A stretch of 64,000 bases of DNA from Kudoa neothunni (taxonomy: Eukaryota > Animalia > Cnidaria), in assembly GCA_964304625.1 (NCBI GenBank), contig OZ199838.1, positions 9,699,245 to 9,763,244 of the forward strand, in the 5' to 3' direction. Both the position numbers and the translations under genes were made by a program. This document shows positions 39,822-56,860 of this stretch, in pieces; position 1 is the first letter of the stretch, and every line of letters starts with the position of its first letter. Under the pieces are notes generated by a model, which was not told where the DNA came from, searched no databases, and worked only from the letters and a program-made list of their open reading frames with translations.

Positions 39822-40693
39822 TTTTACACGGTGGCACATGCGCACAACAACTAATCCCTATTTTGGGAATGTAACAGAAAAAATTGACCTACTTTTTATT
39901 GATATAATACAATTGAATAAAACTTCTGTACCATACAAAAAAACTAAGTGACACTCAAGTTCACTTTTTGAAAAATCATTTTTCTCGATTATAACATAAG
40001 TATCAATTTCCAATTTTAACGATAATCGAAACGATCTAAAATTTTTTAAACCAATGAGAAAATTTAATTTTTTTTCGGAGAATGTCATTTAAGATTGTTA
40101 TATTAGATATGTAGTAATGTTTCGCAGTATATATTTTAACGTTTTTAATGGGAAATTTTCAAATTATTTATTATTTTGTATTTTTCTTCGAATTTTCTTA
40201 TATTTTTACCATTGCTTGTCACCTGTATTTCTAATTCTTCTGGGAATAATGTCACAATGATCGACAGAGTTCTTGAAAAAAGTGTGCAAACTCGGTACAT
40301 GATCTAATTTTTGATATATATTTTTCACCATTTACAGTTAATTATTTGAACAAAAATTTAACTTAAGTTGAACACATTTGTGTATATAAACACTGGAAGC
40401 ATTTAAAATTACAATTAAATAACTTTACACAAAGTGTGCAAAATCGATTGCCGACTGTATTATGATAGTTGGGAATTTACCAGCTCAGATATCACAAACG
40501 TGTGATTTATTAATCTCCAAGGAATTAAATTTCCAATTTAACGCACAAATATATGAAGCTAAAGCTGAGCTGACAATGTATTAAAGAAATATACTTGTAA
40601 TAAACAATAAGTTAAAATCAAAAAAATAGTTGAACATAATTTTACAACAAATATAGCTATGGATATAAGTATTTATATGAAGTTTGAATATTG

Positions 40694-43149
<2,456 letters not shown>

Positions 43150-46100
43150 CCAGAGAGTCTCACAATAAGAATAAACCGAAAGGCACTACACAAAGTAAAG
43201 TATGAGACGCGCCTGCGCATACTTCCAAAAATACATGCTGACTGGTGTTATCGTCTACCTTTTGTAAACTAATTTGATTAGTTTAAAAAATGAATCATTT
43301 TATTTAAAGTGGAATTTTAATTGTTAATTGCGATTACAACATACAGAATCGAATCAAAAATAACATGCCGACGATAAAAAGAATTGAAAAATTGGTGATT
43401 TATGCAAAATTTTAATCATTGAATTTTGTTTCATAATTTTCTATCCTATTATTATGAGAGGATTTTAAAAACGGTCTTATTCTAATTGATGCTCTGACTC
43501 GTTGATATTCGCAAAACTTGGACGGGTTACAGTCAACATGGTGGACTGTAATATTTATTAATAGATTTATTTTGAACTTTGAACTTAAAATTTCAATTAG
43601 AATTACTATCGTTTAGTTCTTTAAAAAAGACCTGAAAAGATAATAATCAATAATTCTTCATTTTCTGTGAATCAAAGAAATATAATCAAGATATTAAAAA
43701 TATATTTCTATTGACCTACAAAAGTTTGATCTTAAGTATTGTGTACGATTAAGATACTTTTATTTTTAATTCTCATGGCTCCTTTTTATAGGAAACAGGT
43801 GCACTTTGTTATTATATTTTTCTTTGATTTATTCTAACTGGACCACTAAGAGTAGTATGCGCCAGAAATATTTGAATACAAAGAACTACTGATTATGGAT
43901 TAAATATATATGAACTGGGGGACATTCCGATTTTTAATTTCACGAGTGCTGATGACAAAAATTCCTCATATACTCACTTCTGGCATGTATAACATTTAGA
44001 GATATTTATTGGTACTTATTATGGAAATGATTTAACAAATAATTGTTAGGGGGAAACAAAATTTGAAACTTCTGCTGCGAGAAAAATAATTTACTATGAA
44101 AACCTTACATTCGTGAATATATAGTGATATATTATTAAGAGCTTTTAAAAAATAAAATTTTAAACCGCTAAATATGGCTTTTATCGGTGCCTTTATGTAG
44201 TAGTGATACAAAAAAGGGGTCCAGCTTGTGAAATTAGATAATTTATATTAGGAAGAACTTTTATCTATCACAAGTTCAAGAAAATTTGTACTCTATGTTC
44301 ATAATAGCAAACACTTATGCATTGCGTTATCTATAGGATCACATAAGTTGTTCTGCCCTAATTTTGGGGGAATAAATGGTATTTTACTTGCTCTACCGAA
44401 ATATTAATATATATTTTTTTAACGAGATATTTTGTTGATAGATATAGGATTTTGGATTATAACACCTTAGTTTTTTTTACAAATTTATTTTTAATATCTA
44501 TCAAAGCTGCTATTCATTTTAGATGTTATCATTGTGATAAACAAATTAAAGTTGATACGCTACGTATTGTGTACAAAATTATTTTATTCCATAAAAATGA
44601 CTATTATTAAATTATTAATATATTGTAGAAACAAATATTTTACAAATATCAAATTAACGATATTTTTATTTAGCTCTTTTACAAGGTATGTGACAAACTG
44701 GCACTTCTCGTAAACTATCAAATAATTGCTGGAGATGAGAAATTTAAGATATTATCCACCTTAGAAAATATAGGAAATGTAAAAAATTTCGATTTTGTAT
44801 ATTTTTGTGAAGATTCATCGTATAAAATTAAAGTCTTGCAGAATTTTTTATCCTACGCAGCTACATGAAATGTATTTAGGACGCTGTAATGAAGATGTCG
44901 ACAAGAAAGGAAAACGGTGATAGTTACCAGTTTAGGTGCACAGATAATAAAAACAACGACACAATGGGAAAATAACATTTTAAAGTTTTCCAAACTTTCT
45001 TTTTGGGAATGTTTCCTTTTTATGGTTTACGTTGTTCAAGATTGAACGTTTGTTTATGACAAATTTCAATTTTATTTCAACATAGAAACATATGCTATTA
45101 TATTCTAGTAGAAAGGTATTATTTGGAATTTATTGACCTCAAAACATGATGAAAAATTCCCAAAAATTGACACGAAAGAGTTGTACAAATTAATAAAACC
45201 AATATCCGCAAAATAATAATATAATTTTGTAATAATACTGAAGAATCAACGGAATTAGATGCTAGTCCGAGTGGATTTAAATGGAAACTGCTTTCTGACA
45301 ATCTACCATCTCAGAAATCAAAATGTTCTTGAATAATACTTACCAATAATAATGAAGAGGGTTCAGCAATGTAGGCAGATCCTTTGGCGGAGTAAAACTC
45401 ACCCGAAAATTAATGTTTTTTCATGGAAAAGTGATTCATAAAAGGAGATTTGTTTCGAAAGAAGCGATTCATACTAAATGAATCGAATTTACCTGGGTAG
45501 TCCTCAAACGTGAATAAAACAACGTGATCAACTAGAGTTCTGAAAGTTGGTTGTAATATATACAATTTTTATGGAGGAAACAGTATAAAATAAATAATTG
45601 AGTACCCTGTATATATATATATATATACAATGGTTCAATATTCAAGGTAATATTGTAGCAATTTAACAGGGAAGTTTATTTGTACCAAGGTTTGTCACAT
45701 ATACTGTAAAACAGCTTTTAAAAATTGAATTAGATGAATGTGATATAAAACAATTATGTTGTGCGCACATAATAACTTATTGAAGAAATTCCTAAAGAAG
45801 GTTATCTTTATAGTTAACCAATTGTTGATTTCTTTAAACAATAAGAATATAATATAAAGAGAATAAAGTTCTTTGTGGCGAGAATGCTGCCTTTAATCTA
45901 AATATCACATCTAACTGGAGAGTTAGAACAATGATGCACATGATTTTCTGCCAATTCCAGAAGGCATATTAGTTAGCATTATTAAATTAATTATGGCGCG
46001 ACGGAAAATTAAAATTTTAGATATTCTATATAATTAATGAGATTGGTATAAAGACAACCTAAAAAATAGTAATAAAGATTACAAGTTTCGAAAAATGGTG

Positions 46101-47252
46101 TTACAATATAAAAAAGAAAGAATATACGTTATTTCTAAGAGTGTTTGTTTTACTGATTTATTATTTACTTGAATCATATTCACAAGATGATTTAAAATAT
46201 TTTCCTTCGGGTGTGTACTCACACAAATTTATTGAAAATGATAAGTGAGTAGATTAACGTAGTTATAAACTGTAATAATTCTTCATTTACAATGGGGTTT
46301 TTAATTTTACATTCCAAATAAATAAGTTTGTAAATGAATTAAAATATGAATCTTCAATAAAATGCAACTTAATGGTAAAATAAATCCCTAATTTTTGAAA
46401 TAAAAAAGGTATGTGATAATTAAAATTAAGTTTTTCATAGGGGGTTTTCGAAAAAAGTTATTTAAAGAATAAGTTTATGGTTTATAATATTATTCTTATT
46501 TATTCTAGATCTACTGTTAAGTTGAGTATTTTATTAGTTATTAAGATAATTAAGTCATCGAAGTTGAAGAACATCTTAAAAAACGCAAATTTGTATGGTT
46601 ACATGATTTCTGGAATAAATAACACCAATCGATCAAAATATACCTTGTCATTAACTAATACAAACGTAAAATACATAAGTTAATGTCTGATTAGATTTAC
46701 AGTGCTTTTTTAAAAGATTGCCACTCCTCCTAGTATTCTGACCTCAAAAGCGATTTTTATCAAACTTACAATAATTATTTTTGGAATAAAGTAATTAAAG
46801 CTTCTTTAATTTTTTATACTATCAAATATATTGTTTGAAATACTCATACATAGTTATGAATATATGTGAAAACGAAAATACTATTCCGAATTACTTCTGT
46901 CGTTAATCCGACCAAAAAATTAGCAACATAGGGGTCAATTCTTTGTTACAATTCATAATATATGTTAAAAATATCAGTATTTATTAATTATTATTTATAC
47001 TAAAAAATTTTCGCGTTTACAGATATAAATATTGTAGTCAGTCTAACTTTTAATTTATAAAAAAATATTTAATTCTTAAATAATGAAAAATAATAAACTC
47101 TGATTTAGATATTCAGATTGTAACACTATATAATAAATATTAATTTATACAACAGCGATGAAATCTCCCGTTTATGAAATCTGACAATAACTAAATATGT
47201 TGATAATAGTATTCAATAAAATATTGTAAAAAATATTAAAATAATATTTGAA

Positions 47253-48814
47253 CTATTTCTTATTTTCTAGGAATTGTTGGCTTAATTCGTTTGGGCCTGA
47301 TTTAACAGAGCTTCTCCCCGCCCTTTCTTCTGTTTCCTGCTCCCCAGTTGTTTCTGTTTTTGTTTCCCCTTCCACAGTTGCTATAAAATAATTAGTAGCT
47401 TATAAAAGATTTAAATAAAATATAAAAGTACTGGTTTCTTCTGCCTCTTCTGGTTCTAGTCGTTCTACTGCATAATCAACGTCTTCAACAGATGTCTTCT
47501 TATCCGTGCAAACCGCTTCGCATTCGGCCTTGGTATCAAAACGATTGTCGTTCCCACCTATCCCTTTGAACGTAAATTTGTAGCACTTCCCATGTTCGTG
47601 GTTATAATAGTATTTTAATAGATGAAGTTGACCTTCCCCTTGATCTTGATTTTCAACACACAAATTAGTGGCAATATTTTGATGATTTTTGCTTGTGCTA
47701 TCATTATCTATAAATTGAGGATGATATTCATATGATAGCAGTTGAAAATAGCTCACTTGAAGGACAGGTTCCAATACATTCGTTATATGTCTCAAACGTA
47801 TTTTCATTTTCTTCAATGAGACAATCGTTAGCAAGGAATGAAGTGCACATATGTTTAAATGTGTCAAAATAATATCGTTCGATTATTTTTCCTGTGCAGT
47901 GGCCGTTCCTTGGTTGACTTTTGCATTTAGGATTTTCGGTTAAGTTATCACCTATTACAACATTTTTAAACTCGATATGTTTACAAACTAATGGATATCT
48001 TACTAAAGCATGTTTGGACGCAATCGGTTAGTGTGGGGAAAATTCCACTTTGAGAGGTCATATTACTTTTTACATTAATATGGATACATCTTCTCTTAGA
48101 ATGATCAGCAACAACAACAGTTCTAGCTTCTGTCTCATTCATCGAGGCTTGTTGAAACAAAACATCGGTTTCACACAACTTTTTCTCATAACTAGCGGTG
48201 TTTTGAGCTAAAAGTATATAGTTCGATGGCATATCCATCAACATCTCTTACGTAAGCATATTTTTGCACAATCTTCATAATTTTTGAAGTTGTTAGGGGA
48301 AGTTTTGCATCCTTTGTAAATGAACGGTTCGCATGAATATACCTTTGGAAGTGATTCCACTTGCTCAACCTTCATATAGTATCTTGTTTCTTCAGTGCCA
48401 CTCGTGCAATTCGTTGAAGCTGGTGCTGCTGAAGAAGTTTTCAAGCCATTTACAATAGCCTTACATTCATCAATTTGTTCCTTCCTTGTGAAACTTTCTA
48501 GAGAATGAATTAGACGCAATATTGTGCTCGTCAGTACTGTGAGCCTCACATTCTTCAAGACTTTTAAAATTGTTAAAATTAAGACCTTTTCCGTTATAAG
48601 TGAACTCTGTACATACTCCACTTTCTTTTTTCACATACCATCTTTGTGGCTTATCATAGCCAGTTAATGCCACATTTTTACTCTCTTCATGTTCGTAGGA
48701 ATCAAGAGACAGTTCTGGAATATGTTACTTAAAGACACAGATGAAGCAAACATTACCTCCAAAGACACTGGATACAAAGAATAAATTAAAGAGAAATAAT
48801 AAATTAGTTTTCAT
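47253..48814 (-). CDS. Secreted protein with five Kunitz/BPTI-type domains and an acidic Glu/Thr-rich tail (7 exons)
   Basis: Signal-peptide exon MKTNLLFLFNLFFVSSVFG. Domain signatures include RWY..CTEFTYNG...NNFKSLEEC, RYY..CEPFIYKGC...NNFKNYEDCAKIC, CKSQPRNGHCTG..RYYFD..C..C..NTFETYNECIGTC and KYYYN..KCYKFTFKGIGGNDNRFDTKAECEAVC. Stop TAG at 47253-55. Confidence 0.9.
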
Positions 48815-50346
48815 AACACTGCGAATTATACTGTGAATCGAAGACGAACACTATGAATATAAACGAAAAATTACTAAATCGTCATTGTATAAAAGTTATT
48901 TTATCAGTGACGTTACAAATTAAAAAATATGATCAGTAAATAAATGTATATGTCGTTAAAAAATCTACTATCCTTAGAAAAGAAACAAATTTTAATTATT
49001 TCGAGAAACAACGCTGATCACTCTTAATTTTATTCATTATACAGTTGAATGTTGAATGGCATTTATAGGTAACTCATTGAATGAATCCGACTTTTAAGAA
49101 GATCACGGTAGAGTCTGTAAAGAAATATTACGCATTTAATTTTTAAACGATGCCTCACAGCAGTCACATTATAAATATTAACAGTCTGATTTTATAATAT
49201 TAAATGCAGTTTTAGAGATTATAAACTTATTATGCGACGATAATACTAAAATTTTGTCTCTAAAATTAATAAATTAAGAAATGTATTAAAAATTTTTATC
49301 CTGCATTTTTAATATCCCTGAAAAATTATGACAGCACTTTATAACAAACGCGATATTTGTATAGTTATAGTATTTATTACATGATCAATAGGAATATGAA
49401 GTAAAAAAATTGGAGGTTAAAGAAATACATCAGAACAGTCATAGTAATTTCTCCCAGGACCTCCACAAGAACAAGTGATGTATTAATCACTAGATTAAAC
49501 TATTCAATACAATAATCAATAAGTAATTGAACAAAAATGGATGATAATAATAAATAGGAATATAATAAGCTTTGTTATGAGGATTTAGATTATTTAAGTC
49601 TCAATAGATTGAGCAGCCTGTAGAATAGGATTAAGCTTAAGACTCCCATGTGTGTCTGTATAAACATGGGCTAGAATTTTAATGAGGTTGAAAATTGCAT
49701 AAATTAGTTCGAAAATGTTAAAATAACACCATGGTTACTGTGAATTATGAGTAACAACAATAATCGTGAAAATAAAAAAATTGAAATATACTGATAAAAT
49801 AAGCAGATAGTTATTTTTGTTGTTACTGAAAGCGGATGACTATGTGTGTAAAAATATATTTGTTTGGCGAAGAAAAAAAATAAAATAACCTCAATATCTT
49901 TAAAATACATTCAGGGTGGCATAAAACTGCAATATCCCCATTACATTATTAATAATTTATTTCAATAGTAATTAGTTGGTTAATTTAATGGGAAATAAAG
50001 TATTCGTCGGCATAAAATGATGAATTCATTTGAATGACTATGATGAATAGTGTGTTTGCTGTGCTTAATTGTTCGTGTAAGAGCTTTAGTTATCGCCTAA
50101 GAATAGGAATTATTATCACACGTAAATAAGGTCATAATACATTTGGAGCAGTCAGTTATTGCTATCTTTGCAGAGACACAGCTTCCACGCTTTTATGTAA
50201 CACCAAAAACAACTAATCAAATGGATATATTAATACGAATATTTACAGATTTTTATTAGCCCTATTAACACAAAAACTCACTCAAGATAATAGCCACAAT
50301 CGGAGAAACTATCAACAAATCTACTACACCAACCAGGAAAAGGTCA

Positions 50347-52399
50347 ATGGGTAACACTAAATCGTCACATAAACTCACCATATTCACATCAAATATTGGC
50401 TCACTTTTTCCCTACGTAACTGACCTATTAGCTAGAATAAATTGGTATATATTTTATGATAGGATGAAAACTTAGCCAATCGATGGATACAGCACATATT
50501 CTCGGTAAAAACATCATAATATTTATACAAAATATATATAAATATATGCATATATGGGGAAATACTAAAATTATAATAAATTGGAGATAAATTAAAAATG
50601 GGGTCATTGTAATAGATTGTCAACGAAAAAGGTCCAGAATTATTTGTACTACATTTACAAGAGTTTGGCCATAAGCATCATCTAGATAAAAGCGAATGTG
50701 TCAAATTGGTCAAGTAGATAAATCTTAATTTCATTTAAAAATATAAAAAATTTTAGTGCGGTGAGAGAAAATTTTCTAAAAATATTTGACAACATGATAA
50801 TGTTTTCAGATCTGAATGCTGATGATAGCACTAAATATACGGTAATTCATTTGAACATAAATTAGTAGAAAATAATTTTTCCAATGTCTTATTTTGTAGG
50901 CGTTATGCAGTGTGTATTTCTGGAAATCTTCATTAAAGGTTGAATTTTACGATTTTGAAAGTATTTGTTTGTAGTAGTTCTCCTCTTAAACAGTTATGTA
51001 GCAAAAACCTACACTCTTCATAACTCTCAAAATTTCCCAGTAAAACTGCGTTAAATATGAATAAATTTTGGTTATTCAAAATTAAATTTAAAAAATAGAA
51101 ATATCAATATGAAAGTGATGATGTTGAATCTCCAGCTAAGCGCATAAAATTTGATATTGACTTATTTCCATTGGTAATATTTGTAACAAATGACAAAGTT
51201 AAATATTTCTACCCCTTAGAAAAAGTATTCCAGGAAAGGATTTATCGCTGTTAAGATGAGAATATCCGACGACAGTAACACAGCGTCATCTCTGTATATT
51301 TGTTTACCTATTTACAATCTCTATAAGAAAATACGTTTGGTATTATATAGAATAATCAATGAGTACACTTTTATAAATTTACACCTTATTCACGACCTCA
51401 CTTTCAATGTGAAACTTGATCATGTGGATGTAATCTCCTTGAATACGGTAAGATGGTAAGTTTAAAATTTAGGCACCCAATGAATATTCATCTTTCCGAA
51501 GACAGCAGCTTACATATATTCTTGATTGGTATGTCTAATAGATTATTTTCCAACACACAATTATACCACGGCTTAATACGTTGAATAGGTTGAAACAACA
51601 TAATTCGTCGAATAATGTAATTGCTGGTGATTTCAATTTCCGATCACATTGCTACACTCTCGCCAATGTATATTCTTTGTGATAAGCTATTGGATTTAAT
51701 TGGCATTATTCGTTAAGGCATTATTGTCGAATAGCGCCGTTTTTAGTGGCCTAGATGAAGAGGATTCTAAAACTGTAGTGGTCAAGCATAATGATGATGT
51801 ATTCAAATATATGTTATTATGAAGTGGATACATAATTTATTGATCAATGTTAGTTGGTTTTTGAGTGTGATACAAAAAAATTCTATATCCACCCCAACTA
51901 CACACCTAACGCATCAAATGCTGAATCGTACATGAAAGGTGATGTCGAATATCGAAACTTTGAACATTCAACGCAAGGATTTGAATACCCCATAAAATTT
52001 TTACCGTCGTATATCCATTTTTCGTTGATGTGATTTCTATGGAGCCTCTTTGAATTAGGTATTGCTTCAATGCAAGTAGCGAGAACAACACCAAAATCTA
52101 TCACTCTAAACGATGCCCGTCCTTCTGTGACAGAATCATGCTTTTTGGTTCTGAATTTATTGAGCATGTAAAGAAAAACGTAAGTAGAATTTTTCTCTTA
52201 AAAAATAATGACTATTTTCGTGCATCACAAACTAATTGCTCAACAATTTTAGAACCCTGTAGAATCTACTACTTACACTACCTCAAATTCAAAAGAGTTT
52301 GTAGGAGATCATCAAGTAATCAACTTTAACTTATTGTCAAGTACCGACTTTCTAATCCATATGTTATAGCCGCTGTATCTCAACATAATTATCTCTTAA
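50347..52399 (+). CDS. INPP5A: Type I inositol-1,4,5-trisphosphate 5-phosphatase, many short exons, essentially missed by the ORF track
   Basis: Spliced: MGNTKSSHKLTIFTSNIGSLF, LFVLHLQEFG, KYSRKGF, FINLHLIHD, IAGDFNFR (5-phosphatase motif 1), IKFLPSY, RCPSFCDRIML (motif 2), GDHQPLYL. Frame intact; stop TAA at 52397-99. Confidence 0.92.
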
Positions 52400-54440
52400 A
52401 GTTGGTTCAAGATTTAACTCAATACATTGTTTATCTGATGATTTTAGTTTTTTGTTATTTGTGCCATTTATTGATTTTCTTCTGAGCCAACACAATGATC
52501 AAAGTCAATGAAATATTTATAAATATATTGGAAAACAGTTTCCAACTAAGCGGTAGATAAGGTTTCCCCAATTAGAAGTCCACGACTCATTGTATTAGTC
52601 GGGAAAGAGTCAGTGACTATTCTCATGATAAAGAATATCCCCTTAATTGATAAAGCTGTCTAATATCTGATTTCATAAATGTGTAAAGCTATTTTTTATT
52701 AATTTTCTATGATTAAATATTTTAATTTTTCGTACATATAATTATGTAGCTTCATTGGTCCACTTAACCTAGTTCAACATCCCATTCGACAAATTTTCTA
52801 CACGTCAAACTTTATACCAGAAATTTTTTCATGTGATGAAACAACATTAATAGTGTATTTTGCTAAAAAAGCTATGCATGTTCTTAATTTGCAATGTCCC
52901 AACGTTCTGACATGTGCTTTCGAATTTGATATCGAAAATCAATGTATTTTTAAGATATCAGATACAAAACTAATATCTTGTGCTTCAGTGGAACTCCATA
53001 TTTAATAGAGGCTTTCTCTATTGTCTCATTTTCTCGAATGTTCCGAAATATCGTTCAAAACTCATATATACAATATCTTCATGCATGAGAATGTACACAT
53101 TAAACATATAATATTCCATTCTTCCATCTTTTTAAAAGAGAAAAATTTTTTTTAAAATAATTTAAGAGATTTGAAAAAAGCAATGTTGATTGTAAAGAAG
53201 ATTCTTTGGTGTAATGATAAAGTCCGTGCGCACAAAAGGATAACGTCTGGTGAAAACAGTGATTCCTCCTCCAGTGGAATGAAATTCGAATTATACGGAA
53301 TGATCGAAACCAAAGTTAAAATGTTTAAAGTGGCTGCTACCTTTAATTTTAAAATGAAATTTTCCAGAATTATTACTAATGCGCAACGCCAGCTAAATCG
53401 CATTTTTAAGCCATGGCGAGTTTCGTTCACTTTTCGGCCCTTTAATAATTTGAATTATTTTTTAATTTCACAAAGAATTCTATAGAAAATATAATTCGCT
53501 TTATCATTGATATCAAACTTGATTTTCAGTTAAAGTTATTTAAATATTTAGACATTAAAGCCGCCAAGAGTTAACCTCAATCTCACTTATTACGAAATTG
53601 GACACACAGTCAATTACATTTATTGCATAATGTTTACAATAACTATAGAAATTGAAATTTTATAAATATAAAATTCTGTAATCTCGTTCCTATGGACATT
53701 TTTGATACATTTAACAAAAAATAGGGAAGAAAATTTTTTACTTATTGTATAATAAACAATTATTGTTTATTGCGCATCAAACCTTGAACCAAAAAAGTTA
53801 AAAATCACAAATATTTCACCCCTACTCAATTTTTTTACTATTTTTGTTAACCTTGTAGCGGACATTTTCTAGTTTAATTACGATATGATCCCAAATTGTA
53901 ATAAATATATCGACACTGGAGTCTTGATTGTCGTTTCAATGAAATATTTTTATCGTATATTAATTTAAAATGTAAAAATAAACCATTTAAGAATGATTAA
54001 TAACTGCTTTCGTAAACCCTATCGTAATATAATTTTAAAAAATTCAAGTTTCAAACAATACAAATTTACTACCAATATTTACCACGAACCAACGTCAATT
54101 CACAATTAAATCGCAATTTTAATCGATGATTTGTCTTTATATGTATTTACTGGCCTAGTATGCTCATTTTAATACACTTAATCAGAAATTCAAGCAGCAG
54201 AATATACATGCATTGATAATTCTTGATCAATGGGGAGCACACCCAGAGGTGCTTGGAAATCTAGAATTTATCTATTGTTATTCTTCCTTCAAATTCAATG
54301 AGTTCTTGCAGCTATTAGACTTGAAAATTAGCCATAGTCCCAAATCTCATTAGAGAAATATTTTGCGTAAACTTTGTTATCTCTTTTTGAATGCTCTCAT
54401 GAATCCAAGAGCACATTGTTGGAATGATTGTTTTCATTAA

Positions 54441-56860
54441 CCTTCCGAGCATATTGCAATAGGATTTTAATATCCTTCATGTAGTAAAAAATGTCTGGTA
54501 TTATGTATATTCTCCTAAAAATAAATTTTTAATATAATGCGAGAAAAAAGTTTTTAATTATCAAAATTAATAATAAGATATGCGTACTTTATACACGTAA
54601 TGCTTTGGGGACATATATGACCCCAAAGTTTTATCCATGAAATAATGCGGAAAAATTGTAAGTACCATAATCCAAAGTTGTATAGAATTATATCGATAAA
54701 ATAAAGAGGAAATGATGAAAAACCTTCCCCGATTTTATGCGAGTGGCAATGAAGCGGATTAGTTTCGAATGATGGGTGGTTTTGACAAAGAATATTCCAC
54801 AGATTTTGAGAGCGAATGTAGCGAAATTTTCGATACTACCCAATAAAGTAATCTTAAGTCCGATTCATCAGATTATAACTCAGATAAAAGTGTCGTTAAT
54901 TCGACTTTGCATTATTTTTCAAATCATCCAGAATATGCAAGGCGACTATCATGAATAAAGCTTCAGGCGTTACTGCATTCGCTGCACATAGAATATCTGA
55001 ATTAATGGATTATCGCCGCATATTTGTGGATGAAAATTTCTATGAAACCGTTGTAAAGTAAACAAATAAATTTGGTGTACATCACTGTAAACAATGCTGG
55101 AAAAAGCTGTCAAAAATAGAATTTAAAGTCTATATATGTATTCTTATATATATGGCGATATTCGAATCAAACCTGGAGCCGTTAAAGTCGTTGTGGAGTC
55201 TAGATAAGAGCACGGACATATTTCGTCAAATAATGTCTATCAGAAGGTTTAGTTAAATATCCAGAGCACTCCATTTTGGTGGCTATAACACCAAATTTGC
55301 AAGGAGGGAACGTGATAAATTTTTCCCCATTCGCAAAATTTTTGATAATTGGAAAGAGGCACTTTCGAAATGTTTGATACCACATTCTGGCCTGACCGTT
55401 GATGAGCAATTAGTCGCTTTTAGGGGTAAATGCCCCCTTAAGCAATATATGCCATCAAAACCGTCTGTTTATGGAATCAAATTTTTTTATTAGTGGATCC
55501 AATGACAAATTTTTGTCATAACATCCCTGTCTACTTGGAAAAAGTTAACGATCAAAGGGCTAAATGTCTGGGTGAAACTGTCGTGTTAGCCTTGATCTCA
55601 CCTGAAATCAAATGGTAGAAATATTGTTTTCGACATTTATTTTACTTCAGTACCCCTTACGGAGAAATTACTAAATTAGGAACTATGGTTGGAACAATGT
55701 GGGCTAACAAAAGGGACATTCCCGAATTGATGAAGATGAATAAATCAAGGGAGGTATATAGTTTTCTATTTCTCTTAAATGGAAAGATGTTAGTATCTTA
55801 TGTACTCAAGAAAACTAAGGCCGTCCTATTATTAGTTACTTCGTCAAACAAGACGGGTATATTCACGGATGAGCAAAAAAACCGGACATTATCACATTCT
55901 ACAATAAAACTAAAGGAGGTGTCGATACGGTCGATCGAATACTTGCATCAACCAGCGTCAAAAGATATACGAAACGTTGGTCGACAATGGTGTTTTTCAA
56001 CATTCCGGATATTAATCTTATTAATGCTTATAGTTTGTATAAAATCGTATTTAATGATAACAGAATCAAGCGAGCCCAATTCTTAGAAAAACCTGCTTAC
56101 ATACTTGTTCAATCATTTCTTTCAAGCAAACAATTTTCACGTCCTAATCGATCAGTTACAATAAACCATCACATCTCTTCCTTAAGAACCCGAAAAAGAT
56201 GTTTCAAATGTCCCAGAAATATTGATATAAACATTGGAACTTCGTGCGTTTCGTGTTCGAAAAATATCTGTAAGTAACATTCATTATCTCTTTGCCATGA
56301 ATGTTAATCGGAACTTAAAAAGTAGATTTTCTTGTTTATTAATATAAAACTTCCGGCTGATATGCGTGTTTTTTGTCATGTGTTATTTTTTTAATTTGTT
56401 CATGCGCTGCTAGTCATCTAATTTTAACTATGGTCATTTTTTAAATTTGTTATTCTGCCACTGGTCGTTTTACAACCATTGGATCCAAAAAATTGAAGCA
56501 CTATTCACTGCACTGCTAAAAACTTAATTTCACCAACATGACATCATAGTTGCCTATATAAAATATAGGTTTATTCATTAACTAACTAATAGAAGTTACG
56601 AAATAACCAAATAAAATGGAAATGACCGAAAATTAAAATATTAATAAACAAATCGATCTTTTATCCAAGCCCGTATCTAATCGTATCTTGTCATCTTATC
56701 TGTTTTTTCGAAATTCGGTATGAATTCGTCTATAGATTTCTTTTAAAGTTTACTAACAAGTTTTTTAATATTTTTAAACTAAAAAATTCAAGAGAATTAT
56801 GTGGTCATATATGACCCCACAAGCACTAAATGTATGGTAATTTTTGGAGCGCTCAGAAGG
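54441..56860 (+). mobile_element. Full-length piggyBac transposon with an inactivated (frameshifted) transposase
   Basis: TTAA|CCTTCCGAGC ... GCTCAGAAGG|TTAA; subterminal inverted GGGGxCATATATGACC motifs. Peptides LTVDEQLVAFRGKCPLKQYMPSKP, FDIYFTS, VGTMWANKR, YNKTKGGVDTVD and a C-terminal Cys-rich RKRCFKC...CVSCSKNIC segment are spread over different frames. Confidence 0.93.

Noticed and set aside
52740-53490. Overlapping open frames on both strands (52751-53005, 53152-53430, 53171-53485)
   Set aside because: No recognisable motif and no consistent exon chain.
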